From the IMG/VR virus record IMGVR_UViG_2778261668_000001: a DNA stretch of 33,994 bases, one strand, 5' to 3'. The notes below the pieces were generated by a model. That model was not told where the DNA came from and searched no databases. It was given only the letters and a program-made list of their open reading frames with translations. Positions 20,994 to 29,978 of the stretch are shown piece after piece. The stretch is from a virus. Lineage: Duplodnaviria > Heunggongvirae > Uroviricota > Caudoviricetes. How positions within the stretch are numbered: the first letter of the stretch is position 1; the number at the start of each line of letters is the position of its first letter. Position numbers and translations under genes: made by a program.

Positions 20994-21016
20994 AAAAAAC
21001 CCGCCTGAGCGGGTTT
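20994..21016 (-). terminator. Intrinsic terminator downstream of cspB (weaker in the plus direction)
   Basis: AAACCCGC-tcag-GCGGGTTT followed by TTTTTTA on the minus strand. Confidence 0.65.
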
Positions 21017-21297
21017 AATATTGTGGTACTTTTTGTGGGAGTCATCCACTTACGCACTTTGTTTTGCTATGCCAGCAGTTAGCTTCTGCTGTAAAACTAT
21101 TCATGCAGCAAACCTGCACTTCACCACAATGGTTAGCATACTTTTCCTGATTAAGTTATTGCCAAATATGCTGGCCATTGTTTCATGTATTGGACCTCCT
21201 TACTATTTATTAAAGAGATCCAATATTCACCACTCTGTCTGTATCTCCACTCAGGCATCAGCCTTCTTCGTTATCGTATACAGACAAACTATGAATT

Positions 21298-21513
21298 TTA
21301 ATCAGTAATTATGACATTTGCTGCTGCAGGACCTTTAGCACCACTCTCTACAGAGAAGGTAACCTTTTGACCTTCAAATAAGGTTCGAAAATTATCATTC
21401 TGAATCGCAGAAAAATGCACAAACACATCTTTACTACCATCAACAGGAGAAATAAAGCCGAAACCTTTATCAGCGTTAAACCATTTTACTAAACCAGTCA
21501 TTTTATTTGACAT
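21298..21513 (-). CDS. cspB: Cold-shock protein CspB-like
   Basis: [71 protein letters not shown]. Confidence 0.9.
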   Translation of the reverse strand: MSNKMTGLVKWFNADKGFGFISPVDGSKDVFVHFSAIQNDNFRTLFEGQKVTFSVESGAKGPAAANVIITD

Positions 21514-21813
21514 TCTACATTCCTTAACTTGAGCCTTTCGGCATAAATGGCTTGTATAACAGAAACGACTTCGTACTTAATTGGAGAGACTCAAAGAAGG
21601 AATAAGTGAATAACACCTGAAATGAGAACTGCTTTAGTAAACTACTTCGTATATCGTCTGTTCTTCAAACCGACGCAATCATTAACGCATAGTTGAACAT
21701 ATGAAGCAATGTTTATTTTAGACATCCAGCCATCTTCAACCCCATCAAAAAACTATAGCTTTCTTCAGGAACGTGTGTATAGTGCGCCCAGTTATCAGTA
21801 TTAAGGAATTTTT

Positions 21814-22026
21814 TTGTCCCGTAAAATGACAGGAATTGTCAAAACCTTTGACGGCAAAAGCGGCAAGGGTCTTATCACCCCATCCGATGGTCGTATCGAT
21901 GTCCAGCTTCATGTTTCAGCGCTCAATCTCCGCGATGCAGAAGAAATTACCACCGGATTACGCGTGGAATTTTGCCGGATAAATGGTCTGCGTGGCCCTT
22001 CAGCTGCCAATGTTTACCTTTCATGA
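21814..22026 (+). CDS. cspF: Cold-shock-like protein CspF/CspH-like
   Basis: [38 protein letters not shown]...[16 protein letters not shown]; divergent from cspB. Confidence 0.85.
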
Positions 22027-22311
22027 GCTATATTAAAGCTTTAATTTCAGGCCCCATCGAATCAAACATGGAGAGTTTTCATGAATAACCCCGTCTGTCT
22101 TGATGACTGGTTGATTGGCTTTAAAAGCTTATGCTGTACTTTGACCGTAATAGCTCTGCTAATAATGTAATATGCAGACTCATTGTATCTAGGGACATAG
22201 TACTGGAAGAAAACATTTTAAACATCAGGCAAAGTCACCCGATAAATAATAAGTAAACAAACATGAATCCCGGAATGAGATTCAACATCTCTATTACCCT
22301 ATTTAAAGCAC

Positions 22312-22336
22312 AAAAACCCGCTCATCAGCGGGTTTT
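22312..22336 (-). terminator. tR'-like intrinsic terminator downstream of the late promoter (bidirectional hairpin)
   Basis: AAAACCCGC-tgatga-GCGGGTTTT followed by TTTTGTGCTTT on the minus strand; T-rich on the plus side as well. Confidence 0.65.
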
Positions 22337-22381
22337 CTACTTTTTCTTAACGTCGGGTATATAAAGCCCATCTTTGAAAAA

Positions 22382-22410
22382 ATTTTATCCATATTTTTTG
22401 AAAAATGCAA
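22382..22410 (-). promoter_or_regulatory. Candidate late promoter pR' (Q-utilisation region)
   Basis: Minus strand: -35 TTGCAT, 17-nt spacer, -10 TAAAAT; about 32 nt downstream of the Q stop and 45-70 nt upstream of the terminator. Confidence 0.5.
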
Positions 22411-22441
22411 GCATTACGTCGCCATCTTCGGCGAAAATCAT

Positions 22442-23194
22442 TTATCTCGTCACTTTTCTTAATTGCACCTCAGCATATGCTTCTTCCTGCCAGCACTTTG
22501 TAACCAGTTTATCAATGACATCTGCATATCCTTTGTACCACTGATAATCAGTCAGGTCTGGTACCAGCTTCTGGACATGACACCGCGCCAGTGTCGTTGG
22601 TAAACGACTAAACCGGTTTCCATTGCAACGCCCACAAATCTTATAAACAGGTGTGCCATGAAGCCGGGTCCTTTTTTCATCCAAGACAATACCTTTACCC
22701 TTACACCCTCTGCACGCTGTGCTGACTTCTCCCTTACCATGGCAATGCTGACATAGTTCCTTCACCCACTCTTCTTTGATAACAGATTCCCCGCTTCTGG
22801 AGTGTTTCACCACTTCGCGCAATACATTATGAAATCCAGTACCAGCACAATGCTCACAACGAGCCTTACTTGCCGCAGACCTGGAATAATCAGCAAAGGC
22901 AAAATTCACAAGGTAAGGAATAATCTGTAGCCGGGTTTCTTCACTCAATTTATTCAATGTCGGGTTATCCAGTGCCATCGCGTAATTGAGCAGACCTTCA
23001 ATCGCAAACTGAGGATCCTGAACACCAACTTTTGCCAGGAATAAGGCAAACCCAAGCGGTGCTTTCGACTGCACCATCCCCTGCGCAGCCATCACATCCG
23101 TAATCGTTAAACCACCAGAGCCTGTCGCCGGTGCGTCATCACTCAATTTTGGAGATTTTGGGGAGTAATATTTTGGTAAGGCTTCAAGGTTCAT
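22442..23194 (-). CDS. Antitermination protein Q (Cys-rich zinc-binding type, QuuQ-like)
   Basis: 250 aa with several CxxC pairs (CEHCAGTG, CQHCHGKG, CRGCKGKG, CGRCNG); immediately upstream of the pR'/tR' unit and lysis genes. Confidence 0.85.
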   Translation of the reverse strand: MNLEALPKYYSPKSPKLSDDAPATGSGGLTITDVMAAQGMVQSKAPLGFALFLAKVGVQDPQFAIEGLLNYAMALDNPTLNKLSEETRLQIIPYLVNFAFADYSRSAASKARCEHCAGTGFHNVLREVVKHSRSGESVIKEEWVKELCQHCHGKGEVSTACRGCKGKGIVLDEKRTRLHGTPVYKICGRCNGNRFSRLPTTLARCHVQKLVPDLTDYQWYKGYADVIDKLVTKCWQEEAYAEVQLRKVTR

Positions 23195-23207
23195 GCTCGT
23201 TCTCCAC

Positions 23208-24203
23208 TTACGCCAGTACGCCTATTGCCAGCGCACGATCGATAAAACGAAATATCAGCTCCAGCTGGGAGCCATACTTCTCTTCAAATGCCACGGTATC
23301 CGCATGCAGCTCGTCGTGATGCTTTCTGCACAAAGGCAACACAAAAAGGTCATGCGCTTTTGTACCCATTCCCCCCTGACCGTGGCCTATCAGGTGGTGG
23401 GGATCATCAGCAGGTTTTCCACAACATGCGCACGGCTGCGTCTTAACCCAGCGCGTGTACTTTTCATTAACCCAGCGGTGACGTTTTGGGCGTAACATAA
23501 AAGACTCCGGCGACTCCGGATCCACTTTCAGCGCCAGCACCTTTTTCGCCTTATCCTGGATGATGCTGGTGGCAGGAACCGAAGGCACAAGGTCACTTTC
23601 CCGGGTAACAGACGGCACAACAGGCTTCGGTAATCTCAGTGCCTTACGGGCTGCACTTTCCGGTAAGGCATCCGCCAGATCATTACGAATCAGCCACCAG
23701 CACAGTTCCGGCATTGTCACAACATGACTGTCATCAAAACCGAGATCCCGACGCACAACAGACAACACCCAGCGGGCACAGTTATCCGTTGCCATTGATT
23801 CCAGCCGTTCCGTGAACTGATCGCGCAGCTGGTTATCGCAGTGCCAGCACAGACGGATTGCGCCCGGAGCGTGTCGCATTGCTGTCATGTTCTCGCTGTG
23901 CCAGTCGGAATGAGGCCACTGGCAGCCTTTTTCACGAAGTAACCAGCTTTCAAGACATTCCACGCCACCAGCACGACGGATCACTGCCTCATTGCGGAAC
24001 ACGGCCCGAACGGCAGGATCATCCGCCAGCGGTTGTGATGCCGCCGGAACGGCACCACTGGCGAAAGATGAATAACGTTCCGGCTCAGGCTCCAGCAGGA
24101 CACGCCCCTGCATAAACAAGGGCATCAGCTCTGAACCTGGTCTGAACAATACGATCCCCATACGCGGGGCAATTTCAGGGGTCAGTAGTGCTCTCACGGT
24201 CAC
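23208..24203 (-). CDS. DUF968 (YdfU-like) protein with HNH-like Cys/His cluster
   Basis: C-terminal CACCGKPADDPHHLIGHGQGGMGTKAHDLFVLPLCRKHHDELH; located just upstream of Q as ydfU is in Qin. Confidence 0.7.
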   Translation of the reverse strand: MTVRALLTPEIAPRMGIVLFRPGSELMPLFMQGRVLLEPEPERYSSFASGAVPAASQPLADDPAVRAVFRNEAVIRRAGGVECLESWLLREKGCQWPHSDWHSENMTAMRHAPGAIRLCWHCDNQLRDQFTERLESMATDNCARWVLSVVRRDLGFDDSHVVTMPELCWWLIRNDLADALPESAARKALRLPKPVVPSVTRESDLVPSVPATSIIQDKAKKVLALKVDPESPESFMLRPKRHRWVNEKYTRWVKTQPCACCGKPADDPHHLIGHGQGGMGTKAHDLFVLPLCRKHHDELHADTVAFEEKYGSQLELIFRFIDRALAIGVLA

Positions 24204-24204
24204 C

Positions 24205-25002
24205 TCAATGAACGGTATCGAGCAGCTTTAACAGCTCAGGGAATCGGGATTCGAAGAAATGCGGCTGCGTCTCGCGCGGATTTGCAGGACTGGTGATGTT
24301 CTTGCCGAACATGCAGCCTTTCGCGGTCAGCGACCAGAATTTTTTGATGTTGTTAATCGCGGTACGACTGTATCGTTCGCGTTGTTCAACGATCCCCAGC
24401 TTCGCCATCTGGTGATATGCCTGATTAGCCGTCAGGCGGATACCATACTGCTTCAGCAGTGCACTCAGCGACAGCGTGGGGCGACTTGAGCCATCGTGTG
24501 CATCAGCAGGAGCATCAATGGCATAGCGCGGTGCCAGATTCGGTAAGCCAACAGCCTCCTGGAGTTTCTGGCAGGCACCAAGCACTGAAGAGTTAGACAG
24601 GTTTAATTCCCGGCGCATAAAGTCCAGCAGAATCACACCAGCCTGCATCTTGTCAGCAGCCTGTCCGGATAATTTTTCCGGTGCGCTGGTTACCATGTCG
24701 AAAGTACGGATCACCTTCAGATGGAATGACGGGCTGATCCACATTGCATAGGCATACACCAGTTCTTTGCAGACATACGTCCCCTGGTTATTTCCGCCAC
24801 GAATAACGTTAACTGGCTCTATATTGACCGAGTTGCAAATCTGCAACTCGCTTATTAAACGCTCAGTTTGCTCATTGCGGAGCCAGAATGCAGGCTTATG
24901 CTTATCCAGAGAACCAGCAGCCCTGTGCAGATCGTTCAGGCTGTAACGCCCATAAGCATCACGACGAACTTCAATACCATCAATAACCATCAGATTATTC
25001 AT
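24205..25002 (-). CDS. KilA-N domain protein
   Basis: N-terminal KilA-N-like segment (MNNLMVIDGIEVRRDAYGRYSLNDLHRAAG...KPAFWLRNEQT). Confidence 0.7.
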   Translation of the reverse strand: MNNLMVIDGIEVRRDAYGRYSLNDLHRAAGSLDKHKPAFWLRNEQTERLISELQICNSVNIEPVNVIRGGNNQGTYVCKELVYAYAMWISPSFHLKVIRTFDMVTSAPEKLSGQAADKMQAGVILLDFMRRELNLSNSSVLGACQKLQEAVGLPNLAPRYAIDAPADAHDGSSRPTLSLSALLKQYGIRLTANQAYHQMAKLGIVEQRERYSRTAINNIKKFWSLTAKGCMFGKNITSPANPRETQPHFFESRFPELLKLLDTVH

Positions 25003-25021
25003 ACTTCGTTTCTCCTCTTAA

Positions 25022-25411
25022 TCAGGCGGCTGCACCCGCCGTTTTCTCGTACTTACTGATAGTGATCTCGACCTTCCCTTCCGGGATAACCGGTCCCCAC
25101 TCCACCAGCATTCTTTTCACCTGACTGTCGTCTTCCCACACACCCGCGTGGGTCAGGGCGTCAAACAGCGCCTTGTTATAGTTGTCCAGATCGCGGATCC
25201 GGTTATCCGGAGGAAACAACACGATCTCCACTGAAGCAGGTGCCGACGTTGGTTTTGGCAAACGACGTAACTGCTCAACTATTGCTGCACACGCCGCGCT
25301 CTGGAATTTGCGCCCCGCCGCGCTTATCAGGCTCTTACCAGCAAACGCCCCTTTGTTGGGGTGTCGCCAGTACGTGTTCACGCTGGGCGGAAAAGGCAGG
25401 ATCAGCTTCAT
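25022..25411 (-). CDS. rusA: Holliday junction resolvase RusA
   Basis: PPSVNTYWRH...DLDNYNKALFDALTHAGVWEDDSQV resembles RusA; nin-region position. Confidence 0.8.
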   Translation of the reverse strand: MKLILPFPPSVNTYWRHPNKGAFAGKSLISAAGRKFQSAACAAIVEQLRRLPKPTSAPASVEIVLFPPDNRIRDLDNYNKALFDALTHAGVWEDDSQVKRMLVEWGPVIPEGKVEITISKYEKTAGAAA

Positions 25412-26061
25412 GCCACCATCTCCCTGACCAGTTTTTCTGCCTGCTGGCGAACCTGCGCCAGAAAGGCCTCACCACATGCCTCAAGTTCATCGCGCCCGAT
25501 GTAGCTGATTGCCGGTCCCTTCCAGGTCTTGTCAAAAACAGCAATAGCACCAGCGAAGAAAGCGCCTGTCGGCACCTGCTTCTCATCTTTCGGGATAAAC
25601 CAGGCAGGCAGTTCAAAACCAATACGCCCGCGAATAAAAGCAATATGGTCCGCATCTTCCGGCCACCACACTTCGCTGGTGGCAGCTTTGATCAGGAAAA
25701 CATAGCGCCCGCCCTTATCACGCATGGCACTGGCATGTTTCATGATGTAACGCATGCCGGTGATGTATTGCCCCTCATGCTGACTGGCGCGGCTGTATGG
25801 GGGATTACCAAAGGCAGCACCTTTAAGCTCCGCAAGACGTTCTGACCAGTCATGCGCCAGCGCGTTGTCTTCCGCAGTGTAATAAGCGGCACATTTGGCG
25901 TTATCACCATCAGTGAACAGATCCAGAACAAACGGGCCAAACAGGGTGTTAATTCCCCAGAAAATGTTGTCCGGCGTGCGCCACTGATCGCCCACTTCCT
26001 TCAGTTCATGGCCTGGTTTGTTCCGCAGCTCCACCAGCGCCTGGCAATATTTATTACTCAT
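25408..26061 (-). CDS. Phage orphan DNA N6-adenine methyltransferase
   Basis: FGNPPYS catalytic motif; start ATG at 26059-26061 overlaps the upstream gene stop (TAATG). Confidence 0.8.
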   Translation of the reverse strand: MSNKYCQALVELRNKPGHELKEVGDQWRTPDNIFWGINTLFGPFVLDLFTDGDNAKCAAYYTAEDNALAHDWSERLAELKGAAFGNPPYSRASQHEGQYITGMRYIMKHASAMRDKGGRYVFLIKAATSEVWWPEDADHIAFIRGRIGFELPAWFIPKDEKQVPTGAFFAGAIAVFDKTWKGPAISYIGRDELEACGEAFLAQVRQQAEKLVREMVA

Positions 26062-26555
26062 TAAGCCCCCACGTAATTCCCTGACAGATACCACTCTTCA
26101 CCCGATGCAGAGCGCTTGCTGCTTTGCCGTAAGCACCGCTCACGATGCGCCAGAAAATTGTTTCGTTCTGGCTGGGAGTGGCTTTCACGGAATGCCTCCA
26201 TCCACACCGTTGCGGCTCGACGGAATAAGCCCCTGGACTCCAGTTCTTCAGCCTGGCGGGTCAGGCACAAAATCACCCGGGGGTCGTTAGTGCCGACATA
26301 GAAATTACGCACAGGTCTGGTTTCACGAACTGGTTGTGGTTTCGGCTCCTGCGCTCTCTCAGTCAGGCGCGGGAAATGTCTGCGTGTATCTCCTTCACAA
26401 CGGTGAGCCACACGCCCACTCTGACGTAACTTGCTTGCTGACTGCAGAACGCGCTGCCGTGAGTAACCAGCAAAAGCATCCGCAATGTCTCCGGAAGTAC
26501 ACCCCGGATGGGCTTCAATGAATTTCTGAACGTCATTTAACAGACTCATGATCAC
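26061..26555 (-). CDS. Hypothetical 164-aa protein in the replication-module P position; no helicase-loader motifs
   Basis: ORF coupled to the O-like gene (overlapping stop/start); basic, no Walker motifs seen. Confidence 0.4.
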   Translation of the reverse strand: MIMSLLNDVQKFIEAHPGCTSGDIADAFAGYSRQRVLQSASKLRQSGRVAHRCEGDTRRHFPRLTERAQEPKPQPVRETRPVRNFYVGTNDPRVILCLTRQAEELESRGLFRRAATVWMEAFRESHSQPERNNFLAHRERCLRQSSKRSASGEEWYLSGNYVGA

Positions 26556-27493
26556 CCCCTGAATCCTGCCGGGATCTGGCTGTAGTCCACGTTGTCGTAA
26601 CTGGATTTGAAGTACGGGTCTTCGCGTTTTTCGGTGTACGTGCTTACGGACGGCGATAAGCGCAGGGAAAGCTCATCCCATTTTTCCCGCAGCTTCGACG
26701 GGCTGAGCACGTTACGGCACCAGAACGGATCGCGGCTGACGCGGCTGTACATCTCGCAGATTTGTTTGTGAGTACGACCATCCTGCACACACATCAGGCG
26801 AATTTCGTTTGCCCAGGCTGTCCAGTTCGGTTCTTTGGGACGAACCACCTCGCCGTCACATTCGGCAGCCTGCTCGTACAGGGCAATGATTTTTTTCCAG
26901 AGCCACTGTGCACAGGTCAAATCATCCTGCGTTCCCCACTGGCGCTTTTTAGGGCTGAATACAACCGCATCAGGATGGCGAGTTAAAAAATCCTGTTCAG
27001 CCGTCTGCGTGTCCGGTTGCGAAGCGTCCGGACGAGAAGGTTTTTTATCTGACGGATCATGTTTTGATTTTACTGACGGATCCCCGCCAGATTCTGACGG
27101 GTGAAAACCCGCTTTTTTGCCAGATTTCGACGCATCAAATTTTGACGGGTCAGATTTTGATGCGTCAGATTTTGACGGGTCAGAATCTGACAGTTGAGAA
27201 AATGCCGCTGCCTGAAGCTTCGCAACGTTAAGCTGATAAACATTCGACGCATTGCGGTTACCCTGGCGACGCGCCTTACGCGTTAACCAGCCTTCTGCTT
27301 CCAGCCGTGCGATAGCCGTTCTGACGGTACTCATCCCCGCGCCAATCTGACGGGCAATGGTTTCAATTGATGGCCAGCACACACCTTCGTCATTACTGAA
27401 ATCAGCCAGGCGGGCCATAATTGCCACGCTGGATAACTTCATGCCTGATGCAGCGCAACCATCCCATACATAGCCGGTTAATTTAGTGCTCAT
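26552..27493 (-). CDS. Replication initiator (lambda O-like) with internal origin iterons
   Basis: N-terminal winged-HTH-like domain, central repeat linker (DPSKSDASKSDPSKFDASKS) encoded by iteron DNA, C-terminal domain; SD GAGG upstream. Confidence 0.75.
   Translation of the reverse strand: MSTKLTGYVWDGCAASGMKLSSVAIMARLADFSNDEGVCWPSIETIARQIGAGMSTVRTAIARLEAEGWLTRKARRQGNRNASNVYQLNVAKLQAAAFSQLSDSDPSKSDASKSDPSKFDASKSGKKAGFHPSESGGDPSVKSKHDPSDKKPSRPDASQPDTQTAEQDFLTRHPDAVVFSPKKRQWGTQDDLTCAQWLWKKIIALYEQAAECDGEVVRPKEPNWTAWANEIRLMCVQDGRTHKQICEMYSRVSRDPFWCRNVLSPSKLREKWDELSLRLSPSVSTYTEKREDPYFKSSYDNVDYSQIPAGFRG
27066..27195. repeat. Iteron array (candidate ori) inside the initiator gene
   Basis: About 7 direct repeats, core (A)TTTTGAC(G)GGTCAG; three consecutive exact 15-bp-period copies at 27139, 27154, 27169; weakly AT-rich flank. 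Confidence 0.6.
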
Positions 27494-27502
27494 GACCGAC
27501 CT

Positions 27503-27841
27503 CTATTTCCCTGAATTTACGACGAAACTGTTCGAGCGGGCTGAAGCACTCATGCTCATAGCCTTCACGGAGGTAGATAACCCGTTGTGTTTCCGGCTCC
27601 CAACGAATGACTCTGACGGGTACTCCGTAGTGATCTTTGAACCAGCGGTTAACTTGTCGCAAAGGACTGTCTCCTTCTGCCGGTTGAAATCACCCACAGC
27701 CCACTCAGCAAAGCTGTGGGTTACAATTTCCCTGTCACCTGGTACATTTACTGCATAGCAATACTCCACCTTCGCTTTTCCACCCGGTACAGGAAGCGCA
27801 ATCAGTTGCGAGCGACGGTAGTGTGTTGTTAAACTGTTCAT
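27503..27841 (-). CDS. Hypothetical gene in the cII position with a frame conflict (possible frameshift, or two overlapping small genes)
   Basis: Frame A from ATG 27841 has a protein-like N-terminus and a low-complexity tail; an overlapping frame (27483-27662, TTG start after SD AAGGAG) encodes a protein-like 59-aa sequence ending inside the initiator start. Confidence 0.35.
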   Translation of the reverse strand: MNSLTTHYRRSQLIALPVPGGKAKVEYCYAVNVPGDREIVTHSFAEWAVGDFNRQKETVLCDKLTAGSKITTEYPSESFVGSRKHNGLSTSVKAMSMSASARSNSFVVNSGK

Positions 27842-28389
27842 GCGTTAGTTTCTCCACAGTCACGACACGCCACGGCGCCCGGAGCTGCACACTCGCGGGC
27901 GTCACTACTTTCTGAAACGCAAAAGATTTTGTAGACCAGTGCTGCATGCTCCTGCAGCTTCGAAATTGAGAGGTACAGCTCATCGTTAATTGCTGTCTTC
28001 TCATGCGGTTCCACTACACCATCTTCAATTGCTGAACGAATCTGTTTTGAATAACTGCCGATCTGTTCAATGACCTCCAGCAGGCGTTGGTTGATATCGG
28101 CGTTGTCCACATCCTCGATGTCAGGAAGAGACACAAAGACGCCATTTGCAGACTGCGCCACAGCGTCAGCAATGAAGTGAGTTCCACCAGCACGTTGCAA
28201 AATCATTGCCCATCCCAGCGGGAAAATCTGATCGCCATCGGCACGAAGGCGGTTAAATAATGCGTTCTCTGTTACATCCAGCCAGTCAGCAGCTTCAGCG
28301 TACCCCCCCGGCAACGCTGCGATAGTTTTTCTGACAGCTTTCACGTACCACTCAGGCTGTTTTTCTACTTTCCAGTGATGCTTACCCAC
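27838..28389 (-). CDS. Early regulatory protein in the cII/YdaT position (183 aa)
   Basis: Directly downstream of cro with overlapping stop/start; C-terminal Cys cluster ([17 protein letters not shown]). Family guess only. Confidence 0.45.
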   Translation of the reverse strand: MGKHHWKVEKQPEWYVKAVRKTIAALPGGYAEAADWLDVTENALFNRLRADGDQIFPLGWAMILQRAGGTHFIADAVAQSANGVFVSLPDIEDVDNADINQRLLEVIEQIGSYSKQIRSAIEDGVVEPHEKTAINDELYLSISKLQEHAALVYKIFCVSESSDARECAAPGAVACRDCGETNA

Positions 28390-28642
28390 GGTTCACCTCC
28401 TGTTCCTGTGGTTTAAACCCATTCTGGTTTTGGCTAGATTGAAAACGTGCCGGATAAAGAATCTGCATTTCGCTGACTTCACCCTTAAAAAAATTGGCTA
28501 AACGTTCTGCAAGCTCGATAGATGGAATCTGCTCCAGCCTCTCAATACGACTCAACGTCGCTGGATTGACTTGAACACCCGCAGCAACATGCTGCAAAGT
28601 GAAACCATGCGCCTTACGCACATTTCGTAATGGTGATTGCAT
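28382..28642 (-). CDS. cro: Cro-like HTH repressor (XRE family)
   Basis: 86 aa with HTH (FTLQHVAAGVQVNPATLSRIERLEQIPSIELAERLANFF); divergent from cI across the operator region. Confidence 0.75.
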   Translation of the reverse strand: MQSPLRNVRKAHGFTLQHVAAGVQVNPATLSRIERLEQIPSIELAERLANFFKGEVSEMQILYPARFQSSQNQNGFKPQEQEVNRG

Positions 28643-28739
28643 ACGCCCTCCAAATATTGCGCGTTATGCATGTTATTTCACGCAATTATTTTGCGCAAGT
28701 TGATTTGCTTATCACGCAATAAAGAAATGTAATAAACGC
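28643..28739. promoter_or_regulatory. OR-like operator/promoter region between cro and cI
   Basis: Repeated half-sites TTGCG / CGCAA (e.g. TTGCTTATCACGCAA at 28705-28719), consistent with TTGC-N7-GCAA operators. Confidence 0.6.
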
Positions 28740-29432
28740 ATGAACATAGGAAACCGAGTCAGACAACTTCGCCAAGCGAAGAACATGAAAATCGCCGATC
28801 TCGCTGAAGCGATAGGAGTAGATGCGGCGAACATCTCGCGCTTAGAAACGGGTAAGCAAAAACAATTTACCGAACAAACACTGAGTAATATTGCCAAGAG
28901 CTTAGGTGTTGATATTGCTGATCTCTTTACCTCTGCCCACAAAAGTAATACTGTATATAAAAACAGTAATAATGAGGATGTTGCGCAGGTGAAGGATGTG
29001 TTCCGTATTGAAATGCTGGATATCAGTGCCAGTGCGGGAAATGGCCTTATCCAGGGCGGTGATGTCATTGATGTGATTCATGCCATCGAATACAGAACTG
29101 ATAATGCTGTATCAATGTTCGGCGGACGACCAGCCAATCACATCAAAGTTATCAACGTTCGTGGGGACAGTATGTGTCCAACCATTGAGCCAGGAGATCT
29201 CATCTTCGTTGATGTCAGCATCAATCAGTTTGATGGTGATGGTATATATGTCTTTGGTTTTGATGACAAAATATACGTTAAAAGACTTCAAATGATTCCT
29301 GACAAACTGCTGGTGATTTCTGATAACCAGATTTACCGTGAATGGGGAATTACTAGCGAAAACGAACACCGATTCATGGTCTTTGGAAAGGTCTTAATCA
29401 GTCAGTCGCAAACCCTTAAGAGACATAATTAA
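28740..29432 (+). CDS. cI: CI-type prophage repressor (HTH plus LexA-like S24 peptidase domain)
   Basis: N-terminal HTH (VRQLRQAKNMKIADLAEAIGVDAANISRLETGK); C-terminal Ser-Lys dyad context (VRGDSMCPTIEPGDLIFVD ... IYVKRL). Confidence 0.9.
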   Translation: MNIGNRVRQLRQAKNMKIADLAEAIGVDAANISRLETGKQKQFTEQTLSNIAKSLGVDIADLFTSAHKSNTVYKNSNNEDVAQVKDVFRIEMLDISASAGNGLIQGGDVIDVIHAIEYRTDNAVSMFGGRPANHIKVINVRGDSMCPTIEPGDLIFVDVSINQFDGDGIYVFGFDDKIYVKRLQMIPDKLLVISDNQIYREWGITSENEHRFMVFGKVLISQSQTLKRHN

Positions 29433-29450
29433 CCTCAATATCCCATCCAT

Positions 29451-29476
29451 CGGCCACCGAAAGGTGGCTTTTTATT
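29451..29476 (+). terminator. Intrinsic terminator after cI
   Basis: GCCACC-gaaa-GGTGGC (GNRA loop) followed by TTTTTATT. Confidence 0.7.
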
Positions 29477-29486
29477 ACCTATAAAT

Positions 29487-29537
29487 TTGCATATCTCGCA
29501 AATATCACTTGCATATCTCGCAATTTAATTTTATCTT
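29487..29537 (+). promoter_or_regulatory. OL-like tandem operators overlapping a candidate pL promoter
   Basis: Two copies of TTGCATATCTCGCAA (29487-29501, 29509-29523), 22 bp apart; -35 TTGCAT (29509-29514) and -10 TATCTT (29532-29537) with 17-nt spacer. Confidence 0.55.
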
Positions 29538-29771
29538 TTGTTCCAGACCAACTACAGGATTACAACAAAATCTAGTTGCAACACGGTGCATGTGTCGTAA
29601 GCAGTCAGTAAATGTCAAAAACGAACAGGCAGGACGCCCACGAAGTAGCCGCCTGGGGCATATGAAGTCCAGGATGATTCGTTAGCAACAAAAAAGCGCC
29701 CTACAGGACGCTTAGCTCTTTAACAATCTGGTCCCCATCAACAAGTAACTGATAACTTGAGGAGGTGTGAA

Positions 29772-29978
29772 ATGCACAAAACAGAACCAAAAATCGTCGC
29801 GCCCGGATACACAAATGAGGAAATTTACGAGTGGATGGCAAAGAAGCTGGCAGCTATAAACCAGCTTCGTGAAGTGCTGTCTTATCGACAGGAAACAATA
29901 GACTCCTTAAAAAAACTGGATCAGGAAATCACGGTTTTATCACAGGATGCTACTTTAGATATTGTGCAGACAAATTAG
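29772..29978 (+). CDS. Hypothetical 68-aa protein, first gene of the putative pL transcript
   Basis: Strong SD GAGGAGGT 4 nt before ATG at 29772; 3' end overlaps the convergent 144-aa gene. Not Arg-rich, so not N-like. Confidence 0.5.
   Translation: MHKTEPKIVAPGYTNEEIYEWMAKKLAAINQLREVLSYRQETIDSLKKLDQEITVLSQDATLDIVQTN

Noticed and set aside
25182-26301. Plus-strand ORFs (up to 201 aa) across the rusA / methylase / P-position genes
   Set aside because: Antisense to a tightly coupled minus-strand operon; Arg/Pro/Cys-rich translations.
27066-27195. Tandem 15-bp repeats considered as a CRISPR array
   Set aside because: Repeats are contiguous with no spacers, far shorter than CRISPR repeats, in-frame within a coding gene, and no cas genes are present; interpreted as origin iterons.
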